From assembly GCA_965248115.1 (NCBI GenBank), contig CBDFII010000005.1:275123-339122 (forward strand): a DNA stretch of 64,000 bases. Reading direction: 5' to 3'. Position 1 is the first letter of the stretch, and the number at the start of each line of letters is the position of its first letter. Under the pieces are notes generated by a model. The model worked only from the letters and a program-made list of their open reading frames with translations, was not told the DNA's origin and searched no databases. The DNA is from Dehalococcoidia bacterium (GTDB taxonomy: Bacteria > Chloroflexota > Dehalococcoidia > Lucifugimonadales > CBDFII01). This document shows, in pieces, positions 28,674 to 38,724 of this stretch. The translations under genes were made by a program, and so were the position numbers.

Positions 28674-29828
28674 ATGAAAGTTCACGAGTACCAGGCAAAG
28701 GCCATATTCGCACGCTACAACGTGCCCGTGCCAAAGGGAGAGGTGGCTACAACCCCCGATGAAGCGGGAGATGCGGCCCAGCGACTGGGGGGACGGGTAG
28801 TGGTGAAAGCACAGGTACATGCAGGAGGGCGTGGTAAGGCAGGGGGAATACGGGTAGTGCAATCTGCTGAGGAGGCCCGGCGGGCGGCAGCCGCCTTGCT
28901 TGGTAATAACCTGGTCACCCACCAGACGGGTCCTTCCGGAGTGTCGGTGCTCAAGGTGCTGGTGGAGGAACCGGCGGAGGTGGTGACGGAACTCTATCTG
29001 GGACTTACCGTTGACGGTGCTCTTCGTGGGCCGGTGATGATCGCCAGCGCAGCCGGGGGAGTGGACATCGAGGAGATATCGGCCACCGATCCCGATCGTA
29101 TTCTGAGGGAGCACATAGACCCCTTAGTAGGCTTTATGCCCTTTCAAGGGCGCCGTCTTGCTGCCGGGTTGAAGGTGGAGACCAACGTGGTGAGGCCCAT
29201 GGCTCAGATCATGGAGAATATGTACAAGGTATTTGTGGACCTGGACTGCTCCCTTGTGGAGATAAACCCTCTCGCAGTGACTGGCAAGGGATCGGTGGTC
29301 GCCCTTGACGCTAAAGTGAACTTCGACGATTCAGCGCTGTTCCGTCACCCTGATCTCCAGGAGTTGAGAGACCCGGAGCAGGACGATCCTCTGGAGAGAG
29401 AGGCCTCTCGTTTGGATATTTCCTACGTGAGGCTGGAGGGAGACGTGGGTTGCCTGGTCAACGGAGCTGGGCTGGCTATGGCTACTATGGACGTCATCCG
29501 CAGCACAGGGGCAAACCCTGCCAACTTCCTGGATGTGGGCGGAGGAGCCAGTGAGGAGAAGGTGGCGCAAGCGGTGGGTATCATGCTCTCGGACCCCGGG
29601 GTGAAGAGGGTCCTGGTGAACATCTTCGGAGGCATCCTGCGCTGTGACGTAGCGGCACGAGGTATAGTTCGGGCCTTTAAAGAGCAGGGTGCCTCTCTGC
29701 CCATCGTGGCAAGGATGTTGGGAACCAATGTGGAAGAAGGAAAAGCCATCCTTGAGGATTCTGGGCTCGGCGTGACCTTCTCCCAGTCATTGGCTGAGGT
29801 GGCCGATAGGATAAAGCCCACTGATTAG
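28674..29828 (+). CDS. sucC: Succinyl-CoA ligase beta subunit
   Basis: HEYQAK, KAQVHAGGRGKAGG, NGAGLAMATMD, NIFGGI. Confidence 0.97.
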   Translation: MKVHEYQAKAIFARYNVPVPKGEVATTPDEAGDAAQRLGGRVVVKAQVHAGGRGKAGGIRVVQSAEEARRAAAALLGNNLVTHQTGPSGVSVLKVLVEEPAEVVTELYLGLTVDGALRGPVMIASAAGGVDIEEISATDPDRILREHIDPLVGFMPFQGRRLAAGLKVETNVVRPMAQIMENMYKVFVDLDCSLVEINPLAVTGKGSVVALDAKVNFDDSALFRHPDLQELRDPEQDDPLEREASRLDISYVRLEGDVGCLVNGAGLAMATMDVIRSTGANPANFLDVGGGASEEKVAQAVGIMLSDPGVKRVLVNIFGGILRCDVAARGIVRAFKEQGASLPIVARMLGTNVEEGKAILEDSGLGVTFSQSLAEVADRIKPTD

Positions 29829-29885
29829 GTACGTAAAGCGTTGCTCTGCCTCTGCGCCAAAGTACACTGAAAAAGTGCCTAATTC

Positions 29886-30770
29886 ATGAGCATTCTGATA
29901 AACACTGATACCCGCGTTATAGTCCAGGGCATCACTGGCAGGGAGGGGAGCTTCCACGCCCGCCGCTGTCTCGACTATGGGACCAAGGTAGTAGCGGGGG
30001 TAACTCCTGGAAGGGGAGGCCAACTATTCGATGAACGTGTGCCTGTTTTCGACTCAATAGAGGAGGCTGTTAGAGAGACAGGGGCCAACACCTCACTTAT
30101 ATTCGTGCCCGCCCCCTTCGTCAGCGACACCATCATCGAGGCGGCTACCTCCGGAGTAGAGCTGGTGGTGTGCATAACCGAAGGGGTGCCTGTTTTGGAC
30201 ACTATGAGGGTGGTCCACTATATGGATAATAAGCCCACCAGGCTTATCGGCCCTAACTGCCCTGGCATTATATCCCCAGGAGCGCACTGCAAGGTGGGCA
30301 TTATGCCCGGAGCTATACACCTCCCGGGACCGGTTGGGGTGGTCTCCCGCAGCGGCACTCTCACCTATGAGGCCGTCTCCCAGCTCAGTGATCTGGGCAT
30401 AGGCCAGACCACCTGCGTTGGCGTAGGGGGAGACCCATTGGTGGGCACAGGCTTTGTGGAGGTTCTACGCATGTTTGACCAGGACCCCGAGACAAAGCTG
30501 GTGGTGCTCATCGGCGAGATCGGCGGCACCATGGAGCAGGAGGCAGCTTCCTATATAGAGCGGGAGTTTTCCAAGCCTGTGGTGGCCCTGGTGGTGGGGG
30601 CCAACGCTCCTCCCGGTAAACGCATGGGTCACGCTGGAGCTATCGTTACCGGTGAGGCAGCCCGCGCCGACGCCAAGGCGGAGGCGCTCCGACAGGCGGG
30701 CGTTACCATTGTCTCCTCTCCTGCCGAGATAGGCGCAACTGTAAAGACGGTCATGGAACGTTTGAAGTGA
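29886..30770 (+). CDS. sucD: Succinyl-CoA ligase alpha subunit
   Basis: [30 protein letters not shown]. Confidence 0.97.
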   Translation: MSILINTDTRVIVQGITGREGSFHARRCLDYGTKVVAGVTPGRGGQLFDERVPVFDSIEEAVRETGANTSLIFVPAPFVSDTIIEAATSGVELVVCITEGVPVLDTMRVVHYMDNKPTRLIGPNCPGIISPGAHCKVGIMPGAIHLPGPVGVVSRSGTLTYEAVSQLSDLGIGQTTCVGVGGDPLVGTGFVEVLRMFDQDPETKLVVLIGEIGGTMEQEAASYIEREFSKPVVALVVGANAPPGKRMGHAGAIVTGEAARADAKAEALRQAGVTIVSSPAEIGATVKTVMERLK

Positions 30771-30779
30771 AGCCTCCGC

Positions 30780-30807
30780 TTGACTTGCCTAGAATATTCG
30801 CTACACT
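30780..30807 (+). promoter_or_regulatory. Sigma70-type promoter of the selenoprotein array
   Basis: TTGACT-16 nt-TACACT upstream of AGGAGG RBS and ATG 30847. Confidence 0.6.
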
Positions 30808-30846
30808 ATATCCCAAGTCCTAGGTTCGAAATAGAGGAGGCAGGAT

Positions 30847-31125
30847 ATGGAAGGTAAGGTCCACATAGAGATTACCTATTGCGTACCTTGACAGCATCAT
30901 GCCACCGCCACGTGGATGGCGAATGAGTTCTTTCGAGCTTACGGAGCCGATGCCGCTATAACTCTCACCCCTAAAGGCGGAGGCATCATGGAGGTCTTCG
31001 TCGACGGCGAGAAGCTCTTCGATAGGAAGGGCGAAGGAAATATCTTCCCCGACCTAACTCGGGTCAGAGAAATGAAGAAGATCATCCAGGAGAAGCTGGA
31101 CTCCATCCCTGTCGGCGCCGACTGA
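30847..31125 (+). CDS. Rdx/SelW-like selenoprotein, copy 1 (92 aa, CxxU)
   Basis: AGGAGG RBS; MEGKVHIEITYCVP-TGA(30889-30891)-QHHATATWMANEF..GGGIMEVFVDG..FP; typical Rdx family layout. Confidence 0.88.
30904..30923 (+). promoter_or_regulatory. Candidate bacterial SECIS element (repeated in every copy)
   Basis: CGCCA/TGGCG stem with G-containing loop about 20 nt after the UGA; nucleotide-invariant in the diverged paralog. Confidence 0.55.
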
Positions 31126-31160
31126 AGTAGAGCTAAAGCGTCTTTCTAAGGAGGCAGGAT

Positions 31161-31439
31161 ATGGAAGGTAAGGTCCACATAGAGATTACCTATTGCGTAC
31201 CTTGACAGCATCATGCCACCGCCACGTGGATGGCGAATGAGTTCTTTCGAGCTTACGGAGCCGATGCCGCTATAACTCTCACCCCTAAAGGCGGAGGCAT
31301 CATGGAGGTCTTCGTCGACGGCGAGAAGCTCTTCGATAGGAAGGGCGAAGGAAATATCTTCCCCGACCTAACTCGGGTCAGAGAAATGAAGAAGATCATC
31401 CAGGAGAAGCTGGACTCCATCCCTGTCGGCGCCGACTGA
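31161..31439 (+). CDS. Rdx/SelW-like selenoprotein, copy 2
   Basis: Identical to copy 1. Confidence 0.85.
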
Positions 31440-31474
31440 AGTAGAGCTAAAGCGTCTTTCTAAGGAGGCAGGAT

Positions 31475-31753
31475 ATGGAAGGTAAGGTCCACATAGAGAT
31501 TACCTATTGCGTACCTTGACAGCATCATGCCACCGCCACGTGGATGGCGAATGAGTTCTTTCGAGCTTACGGAGCCGATGCCGCTATAACTCTCACCCCT
31601 AAAGGCGGAGGCATCATGGAGGTCTTCGTCGACGGCGAGAAGCTCTTCGATAGGAAGGGCGAAGGAAATATCTTCCCCGACCTAACTCGGGTCAGAGAAA
31701 TGAAGAAGATCATCCAGGAGAAGCTGGACTCCATCCCTGTCGGCGCCGACTGA
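31475..31753 (+). CDS. Rdx/SelW-like selenoprotein, copy 3
   Basis: Identical to copy 1. Confidence 0.85.
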
Positions 31754-31788
31754 AGTAGAGCTAAAGCGTCTTTCTAAGGAGGCAGGAT

Positions 31789-32067
31789 ATGGAAGGTAAG
31801 GTCCACATAGAGATTACCTATTGCGTACCTTGACAGCATCATGCCACCGCCACGTGGATGGCGAATGAGTTCTTTCGAGCTTACGGAGCCGATGCCGCTA
31901 TAACTCTCACCCCTAAAGGCGGAGGCATCATGGAGGTCTTCGTCGACGGCGAGAAGCTCTTCGATAGGAAGGGCGAAGGAAATATCTTCCCCGACCTAAC
32001 TCGGGTCAGAGAAATGAAGAAGATCATCCAGGAGAAGCTGGACTCCATCCCTGTCGGCGCCGACTGA
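31789..32067 (+). CDS. Rdx/SelW-like selenoprotein, copy 4
   Basis: Identical to copy 1. Confidence 0.85.
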
Positions 32068-32102
32068 AGTAGAGCTAAAGCGTCTTTCTAAGGAGGCAGG
32101 AT

Positions 32103-32381
32103 ATGGAAGGTAAGGTCCACATAGAGATTACCTATTGCGTACCTTGACAGCATCATGCCACCGCCACGTGGATGGCGAATGAGTTCTTTCGAGCTTACGG
32201 AGCCGATGCTGCTATAACTCTCACCCCTAAAGGCGGAGGCATCATGGAGGTCTTCGTCGACGGCGAGAAGCTCTTCGATAGGAAGGGCGAAGGAAATATC
32301 TTCCCCGACCTAACTCGGGTCAGAGAAATGAAGAAGATCATCCAGGAGAAGCTGGACTCCATCCCTGTCGGCGCCGACTGA
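32103..32381 (+). CDS. Rdx/SelW-like selenoprotein, copy 5
   Basis: One synonymous change (GCC>GCT at 32210). Confidence 0.85.
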
Positions 32382-32416
32382 AGTAGAGCTAAAGCGTCTT
32401 TCTAAGGAGGCAGGAT

Positions 32417-32695
32417 ATGGAAGGTAAGGTCCACATAGAGATTACCTATTGCGTACCTTGACAGCATCATGCCACCGCCACGTGGATGGCGAATGAGTTC
32501 TTTCGAGCTTACGGAGCCGATGCCGCTATAACTCTCACCCCTAAAGGCGGAGGCATCATGGAGGTCTTCGTCGACGGCGAGAAGCTCTTCGATGGGAAGG
32601 GCGAAGGAAATATCTTCCCCGACCTAACTCGGGTCAGAGAAATGAAGAAGATCATCCAGGAGAAGCTGGACTCCATCCCTGTCGGCGCCGACTGA
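32417..32695 (+). CDS. Rdx/SelW-like selenoprotein, copy 6
   Basis: One missense change (AGG>GGG, R>G, at 32594). Confidence 0.85.
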
Positions 32696-32730
32696 AGTAG
32701 AGCTAAAGCGTCTTTCTAAGGAGGCAGGAT

Positions 32731-33009
32731 ATGGAAGGTAAGGTCCATCTTGAGATAGTTTACTGCGTTACTTGACAGTACCATGCTACCGCCACGTGGA
32801 TGGCGAACGAGTTTTTCAGGGCTTATGGGCCCGATGCAGCCATAACCATCACTCCCACAGGTGGCGGCATCCTGGAGGTGTTTGTCGACGGTGAGAAGAT
32901 TTACGACAGGATAGGCGAGGGAAATCGCTACCCCGATCTGACTCGGGTTCAGGAGATGAAGAAGGTCATCCAGGAGAAGCTGGACTTAGCTACCGTAAGC
33001 GCCGACTGA
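32731..33009 (+). CDS. Diverged Rdx/SelW-like selenoprotein paralog (CVTU)
   Basis: MEGKVHLEIVYCVT-TGA-QYHATATW..; 19 of 92 residues differ from copy 1, UGA retained at the same codon. Confidence 0.88.
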
Positions 33010-33053
33010 AGCAGCGATAAAACAGCTTTCTCTACCGTCAATAACGTGCTGGT

Positions 33054-33671
33054 TTAGCCCCTTCTCTCTAGGAGGGGCTGAACTTTCCCCCAAACCTGGG
33101 CCGACAGCGCCCGCACAGGTAAAGAGGCGTCCACCACAAGCCATCGTTCTCGGTTAGCGGCAGCAAGGGCGAGATAGCCTTGCTGAACTCTGCTGTGGAA
33201 ATCCAAAGCCTGGGCCTCAAAGAGATCTGGACTGCTGCCTTTTTTGCGAGCCAGCCCGACTTCGGGGGCTATAGTAAGCAATATGGTTAGCTCTGCCTCA
33301 AGCCCTCCTGTGGCGGCCTTATTTACTCGCTCTATCAGCTCCAGCGACAGCCCTCTCCCATAACCCTGGTAGGCCACCGTAGAGGCGGTGTAACGGTCGC
33401 ATATGACGATCCGGTTCCGGCTCAGGGCTGGTGTGATAACCTCCTGCACCATCTGGGCCCTGGAAGCAGCAAACAGGAAAAGCTCTGCAACAGGGGTGAG
33501 GTGGTTATAGCCCTTCAACTGGCGCCTAAGAACTCTTCCGAGAGAAGTGCCCCCGGGTTCGCGGGTATGGATGGCACTGTAGCCGTGGTTAATGAGGCGC
33601 CGAAATAAGGCCCTCGCTTGAGTGCTCTTTCCCGCCCCATCGCCACCCTCAAAGACGATGAAGGTTCCCAT
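33054..33671 (-). CDS. tmk: Thymidylate kinase
   Basis: FEGGDGAGKSTQ, TREPGGT, DRY..STVAYQG. Confidence 0.96.
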   Translation of the reverse strand: MGTFIVFEGGDGAGKSTQARALFRRLINHGYSAIHTREPGGTSLGRVLRRQLKGYNHLTPVAELFLFAASRAQMVQEVITPALSRNRIVICDRYTASTVAYQGYGRGLSLELIERVNKAATGGLEAELTILLTIAPEVGLARKKGSSPDLFEAQALDFHSRVQQGYLALAAANRERWLVVDASLPVRALSAQVWGKVQPLLERRG

Positions 33672-33681
33672 TGCAGGGCTC

Positions 33682-35214
33682 CTAAGGCTTGTACAGGGTG
33701 ACGCGCCGATGAGGCTCCGATCCCTTGCTAGTGGATGCGAGGTTATATTTCTGGGCCAGGAGATGCTGGAGTCTGCGTATGTACGCTCGCTGGGGACTCA
33801 GCTCCGTCTCGTCACCGGTCTCAAGCACTTGCTGGGCCGCCTGGTGGGCCTCAGTAAGGGCCACGTTGAAGGCCTCCTGACCATCACTGCCATTAGCCAC
33901 GGCCTTAAGGAACTGCTGTACTTGGGGAAGGGAATTGCGCCGCATCACGTAAACTGGCTTACCCATATCTTCGGCCGCCCGTACCAGCTGGGTACCTCTT
34001 CTGTAGTGACTCTTCGTGGTAAGAACAATGTCGGCGCCCCTAAGCTCGTTAACCAGGTTCGCCGCAAGGCCAATACCTTTCGCCGCCTCCTGCACCTTCT
34101 CTCGACCCACTCCAAAGAGGAATACCTTGGGCTCTCGTATCCTCTCATCGTCGCCAAAGCTACTCCTGCCAATAGATGTTAGAGAAGCATTAGAAGATGA
34201 GGCCACCTCTCTGACCCTCTGAACCTGCCTCGCCTCGTCCAGCCATCGGGTCTCGGGGGCAATAGGGTAGCCCCGAAGCCACGTATCCACCACATCGGCT
34301 ACCTCTTGGTGGATGGCAACCTTTTCCCAGCTTTGGATCTCCACCACAATGTCAAAGGTTGGCGGTGCCTTGCGCTCCAGAATGCTCTTCTGAGTTCCCC
34401 TCCTACGCGCCTCCTCATCCCCCAGAGTAACTGTCTGGACGCCGCCCACCAGATCCGAGAGGGTGGGGTTGAGGATAAGGTTGTCCAGGGTCGTGCCATG
34501 AGCGGTACCGATAAGCTGTACTCCCCGTTCGGCGATGGTGCGAGCGGCCTCTGCCTCCAACGCAGTACCCATCTCGTCGATGATTATGACCTCAGGCATG
34601 TGGTTTTCCACCGCCTCGATCATCACCGCGTGTTGGAGGGTAGGGGTAGCCACCTGCATACGACGGGCGTGACCTATAGCTGGGTGAGGTATGTCTCCAT
34701 CTCCCGCTATCTCGTTAGAGGTATCTACTATCATCGCCCTCTTGTGACCGTCGTCGGCCAACACCCGTGCCACCTCTCGCAGCATGGTAGTCTTGCCTAC
34801 GCCGGGTCTCCCTAAAAGGAGAATGCTCTTGCCTGACAGCACCAGGTCTTCGATGATGCGGATGGTGCCGAAAACGGCCCTACCCACCCGGCAGGTGATG
34901 CCTACGATCTTACCTTTTCGGTTCCTGATGGCAGAGATTCGGTGGAGAGTGCGAGGTATGCCTGCTCGGTTATCATCGCCGAACTGACTCACACGGGTCA
35001 CTACAAAGTCCAGGTCCTCTTCGGACACCTCCCGACTATCCAGAACCACGTCGCGAGAGGGGAAACGACCCTCTGGAGGGCGTCCCAGATCTAGCACCAC
35101 CTCCAGTAGGTCGTGTAGCTCCTCCCTGGTCTTGAGGGGCTCGCTAATTCTGAGAGGCAAGACGTCCAGAAGGGCGTCGAGGTCGTCTTGAATCCACTTA
35201 CCGACCCCGTTCAA
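33682..35214 (-). CDS. SpoIIIAA/Ycf45-like AAA ATPase with C-terminal R3H domain
   Basis: GRPGVGKTT, VDTSNEIAGDGD, AVENHMP, RRLQH (R3H); start approximate (TTG overlapping upstream stop). Confidence 0.9.
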   Translation of the reverse strand: MNGVGKWIQDDLDALLDVLPLRISEPLKTREELHDLLEVVLDLGRPPEGRFPSRDVVLDSREVSEEDLDFVVTRVSQFGDDNRAGIPRTLHRISAIRNRKGKIVGITCRVGRAVFGTIRIIEDLVLSGKSILLLGRPGVGKTTMLREVARVLADDGHKRAMIVDTSNEIAGDGDIPHPAIGHARRMQVATPTLQHAVMIEAVENHMPEVIIIDEMGTALEAEAARTIAERGVQLIGTAHGTTLDNLILNPTLSDLVGGVQTVTLGDEEARRRGTQKSILERKAPPTFDIVVEIQSWEKVAIHQEVADVVDTWLRGYPIAPETRWLDEARQVQRVREVASSSNASLTSIGRSSFGDDERIREPKVFLFGVGREKVQEAAKGIGLAANLVNELRGADIVLTTKSHYRRGTQLVRAAEDMGKPVYVMRRNSLPQVQQFLKAVANGSDGQEAFNVALTEAHQAAQQVLETGDETELSPQRAYIRRLQHLLAQKYNLASTSKGSEPHRRVTLYKP

Positions 35215-36143
35215 GAAGACACCTCCAAAGTGACGGAAGCGGGCTTGCTGACCCTTGCCGCCACCCACTTTACGAATTGAAGATAGATACCCACCTGATG
35301 AAAGCCCTTATGGATTAGGAACTGTCGTGCCAGCTCTTGGTGCTCCGGTAGCAACCACGACTGAAACTGACGGCAGGCTAGAGCACGCTGCACCAGGCTT
35401 GACAGCACCTCCCCCTCACCTGCGCAAACCATAAGGTCTACGTAGCTAGCATTTCGGTGAGGGTGGAGGCTCAGCCAGCCAGTTATGTTACCATCCTTGG
35501 CGTAAACCCACTCAGCGGTACCATCAACGGACCATTCTCGGGCGTTCCTCCACTGGTCGAAGGTGATGCCCAGAGCGGAACGCACCGAGACCGGCGTAGA
35601 GGCGCAATATAGCTGAAAGAGCGCGAATTCCTCGTGGGGTTGTCGGGGGCGAAGGGAGTCCGGCTCCCTCAAAGGGGAGTATTCAAAACGAGATCCACCT
35701 GCATTCCCCTGAATCAAGTGCTCGCAGAGATAGGGAGCGAATCCTGCTAGGCGTGCTGGCTCAATCAGTGGACTACCTTTAGGCATGCTAAGAAAGATTC
35801 GCTCTGCCCCTCTCTGGCCGACGTACTGGCTAAGACGTTCCAGAAGCTCCACTGCCACCCCATCGTTATCATCATCACCGATGTGTATTCTCTCTATTTC
35901 CCATACCCCGGGATCGGAGCGGACTCTCACCAAGCCAAGGGTCTGCACTTGTAAACCTTTCCAGCGGATCAAGGTGCAATGGCGTCCTTGCTGGGGCAAA
36001 AAGGACTCTTTGAGCATACCGATCTTTGTTGCCAGGGAATGGTTGCCGATCACCAGAGGGTTCTTGCTGAATGCCAGATTGGGAGACTTGGGCGAGTTGA
36101 GAAGAAGGCACCTAAGGGCGTCGTCGGTGCGTAGGGGCCGCAT
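35211..36143 (-). CDS. Hypothetical protein, possible tandem GNAT-like fold
   Basis: 310-aa ORF coupled to neighbours; two repeats ending in xGF motifs. Confidence 0.6.
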   Translation of the reverse strand: MRPLRTDDALRCLLLNSPKSPNLAFSKNPLVIGNHSLATKIGMLKESFLPQQGRHCTLIRWKGLQVQTLGLVRVRSDPGVWEIERIHIGDDDNDGVAVELLERLSQYVGQRGAERIFLSMPKGSPLIEPARLAGFAPYLCEHLIQGNAGGSRFEYSPLREPDSLRPRQPHEEFALFQLYCASTPVSVRSALGITFDQWRNAREWSVDGTAEWVYAKDGNITGWLSLHPHRNASYVDLMVCAGEGEVLSSLVQRALACRQFQSWLLPEHQELARQFLIHKGFHQVGIYLQFVKWVAARVSKPASVTLEVSS

Positions 36144-36151
36144 TTTTTCCT

Positions 36152-36730
36152 CTAGTCTGAGCCTTCTATGAGATTGAGAAAGTAGCGGTGAAATCGGGTG
36201 TCCTGGGTGAGTTCGGGATGGAAAGAGGTGGCCAACAGGTTGCCTTGCCGTACCGCCACCGGACGTCCGTCTTCCAAACGTGCCAGCACCTCTACATTTT
36301 CCCCCACCCTGGAAATGACAGGGGCACGTATAAACACGGCATGGAATAGGGAAGTGCCAAGGGAAGGGATGTTAAGATCGGCCTCGAAGCTGTCCACCTG
36401 GCGACCAAAGGCATTGCGACTAACCTCGATGTCCATCAGACCTAACGGAGTGGGGATAGAGTCTGTCAACTCCTGGGCCATGATGATCATGCCAGCGCAG
36501 GTACCCCACATCGGCGTCCCCTGGCGGGCCATCTGGGCAATGGGTTCGCTAAGTCCGTAAATGTCCATCAGTCGGCGAAAGGTGGTGCTTTCTCCCCCGG
36601 GCATTATAAGCCCATCGAGCCCATCCAGATGCACAGCTACCCGTACCTCCTGAGCCTCCAAACCCAGGGTCTTCAGCACCGACACATGCTCGGCGAAATC
36701 CCCCTGTACCGCCAGAACTCCGACCTTCAC
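36152..36730 (-). CDS. pdxT: PLP synthase glutaminase subunit
   Basis: GVLAVQGDF, PGGEST, GTCAG, FIRAP, FHPE. Confidence 0.97.
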   Translation of the reverse strand: MKVGVLAVQGDFAEHVSVLKTLGLEAQEVRVAVHLDGLDGLIMPGGESTTFRRLMDIYGLSEPIAQMARQGTPMWGTCAGMIIMAQELTDSIPTPLGLMDIEVSRNAFGRQVDSFEADLNIPSLGTSLFHAVFIRAPVISRVGENVEVLARLEDGRPVAVRQGNLLATSFHPELTQDTRFHRYFLNLIEGSD

Positions 36731-36770
36731 TACCTTTTGCTATCTCGCTTAGGACCTCCTGGTGAGCTTC

Positions 36771-37673
36771 TTAGAGACCACGGGGGGCAAGGAGCTCCTC
36801 CTCCTTGAGGGTCCGGACACCGATACCCCTCATAGGCTCACCCAATTCAGCGGACACTTCCGCGATGATCTTCGGGTCTTTATAATTGGTCACTGCCTCG
36901 ACGATGGCCCTGGCCTGCTTGGGGGGATCGGTGGACTTATATACACCCGATCCTACAAAGACGCCGTCGGCGCCCAGCTGCATCATCAATGCGGCATCGG
37001 CCGGGGTGGCCACACCGCCGGCGGCAAAGTTCACCACGGGCAATCGTCCCAGCTTGCGGGTCTCAATAAGCAGGTCCAGATCCGCGCCCAAGGTTTTGGC
37101 CTCGGCCACTAGCTCGTCCTCGGGCATATTCTGGAGCCGCCGAATAGTGTCCATAACGGCGCGCATGTGGCGGACTGCCTCCACAATGTCTCCTGTACCC
37201 GCCTCACCTTTAGTGCGAATCATGGCAGCGCCTTCTGCAATACGGCGCAGCGCCTCTCCAAGGTCCCGGGCTCCGCACACGAAAGGAACCTTAAAGTCGT
37301 GCTTCCAGATGTGATGGGCCTCATCAGCAGGGGTCAGCACCTCTGATTCGTCGATGTAGTCTATACCGTGGCCGCCGTCGCTGGCCTGCAACGCCTCGAG
37401 AACCTGGGCCTCCACAAAGTGGCCGATGCGGCACTTGGCCATCACTGGGATGGTAACCGTGTCCATAATGGAAATGATCCGGGCAGGGTCAGCCATACGT
37501 GCCACTCCCCCAGCGGCTCGAATATCGGCCGGGACCCGCTCCAGAGCCATAACAGATACGGCGCCCGCTTCCTCGGCAATCTGAGCCTGCTCTGCATTGA
37601 CCACATCCATGATGACGCCACCCTTGAGCATCTGGGCCAGCCCCGCTTTCACCCTCCATGTCCCTTTGTCCAT
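36771..37673 (-). CDS. pdxS: PLP synthase lyase subunit
   Basis: [41 protein letters not shown]. Confidence 0.97.
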   Translation of the reverse strand: MDKGTWRVKAGLAQMLKGGVIMDVVNAEQAQIAEEAGAVSVMALERVPADIRAAGGVARMADPARIISIMDTVTIPVMAKCRIGHFVEAQVLEALQASDGGHGIDYIDESEVLTPADEAHHIWKHDFKVPFVCGARDLGEALRRIAEGAAMIRTKGEAGTGDIVEAVRHMRAVMDTIRRLQNMPEDELVAEAKTLGADLDLLIETRKLGRLPVVNFAAGGVATPADAALMMQLGADGVFVGSGVYKSTDPPKQARAIVEAVTNYKDPKIIAEVSAELGEPMRGIGVRTLKEEELLAPRGL

Positions 37674-37929
37674 CGCGCTCCTCCAAGGGTATGACGTCAC
37701 GTTCCTAACTTGATATTATACACGATTCCTCAGTTATTTTGGGGTAGAAGCTTTCCCTGTCCAGCAGAGTGGCAGTTTCATCAAGGGTGCATTACAGCCC
37801 ATAGAGAACATTTTAGTGTGGTAACGGACGTTCTTCCGCCTAATCGGACTTTCAACGGGAAGATATTTCGGAGAAGGGACCAGTTTGAATCATCGGCATC
37901 ACCGGAAAGGAGGAGCAGGGCATGTGGCC

Positions 37930-38724
37930 CTACGGCTGGGATTTTAGGATTACGCCCGCTATCACGGGGCCTTCGGGCTGCGCCAAGCCTTTCCTCGATT
38001 CCAGGGTGATTTGCACTGCATCCATATCTTCCATTGTGTCAGGGATAATCAGCCACTTGCCCGAGTCCAAAGTCCACAAGTTGCCCGCACTGCTGGCAAC
38101 ACCCTCCTTGACGGTCCATCCCTGATAAAAGTTTCCCTCAGCTTGAGGAAGGCCCCACAGTACCAAGCACGATGCTGAGAGCTGTTTCGAACGGGCGAGG
38201 GCACCTGTTACATTGGGGCCGTCCTCGGCACCTGTAAAGTTCCACCACTTATCGGCCTGTGCCAGGATAGTAATTGCCTGGAACGACCTTGCTAGGCTTT
38301 TGGGGTCGGTCTCCATGGTGCTCTCAAGACGATTGTTTGTGTTCTGAATGCGGACATTCCAGACAGCCAATACAGCTACAGCAAGGATAAGCAGTGTCAT
38401 GGAAAACGCCGCTATTGCTTTATTTGTCCACAGTTGTCTTAGCTTGCCGAGGAAGAAAGGCTGTCGCAGCTCTTCGGCTCTTGGAGATGCAGCCCTCTCG
38501 GCCTGGGCAACGGTCAAGATCCGCTCCTTTAGTTGTGGCGACGGACTCTTCTCCTCCACTCCAAGGGACAGTAGCTGAGCGATGGCCATTATCTCAGCGA
38601 CCCTCTGGGTGCACTGGGTACAGGTTGTCAGGTGTTCTTCAAAGGCCTGACGTTCCTCTGGATCCAGGGCTCTGAGAACGTAACCGGGTGCTAGCGCCTC
38701 TAGCTCATTGTGACTCTGCATCAC
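37930..38724 (-). CDS. Anti-sigma factor (RskA-like, zf-HC2)
   Basis: HLTTCTQC, single TM helix, C-terminal YQGW..ITLE..GPV. Confidence 0.87.
   Translation of the reverse strand: MMQSHNELEALAPGYVLRALDPEERQAFEEHLTTCTQCTQRVAEIMAIAQLLSLGVEEKSPSPQLKERILTVAQAERAASPRAEELRQPFFLGKLRQLWTNKAIAAFSMTLLILAVAVLAVWNVRIQNTNNRLESTMETDPKSLARSFQAITILAQADKWWNFTGAEDGPNVTGALARSKQLSASCLVLWGLPQAEGNFYQGWTVKEGVASSAGNLWTLDSGKWLIIPDTMEDMDAVQITLESRKGLAQPEGPVIAGVILKSQP

Larger units (their letters stand above)
30835..32747 (+). repeat. Tandem array of six 314-bp units, each a complete RBS plus selenoprotein gene
   Basis: ORF starts recur every 314 bp; only two differences seen (32210 C>T, 32594 A>G); array ends in a 29-bp block shared with the 7th paralog. 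Confidence 0.95.

Noticed and set aside
30835-32747. CRISPR array
   Set aside because: The units are 314-bp complete genes with no unique spacers, and no cas genes are present.
30916-33009. 69-aa ORFs as the real products, or the array as pseudogenes
   Set aside because: The RBS lies before the upstream ATG, and the UGA is conserved in a CxxU context in a diverged paralog.
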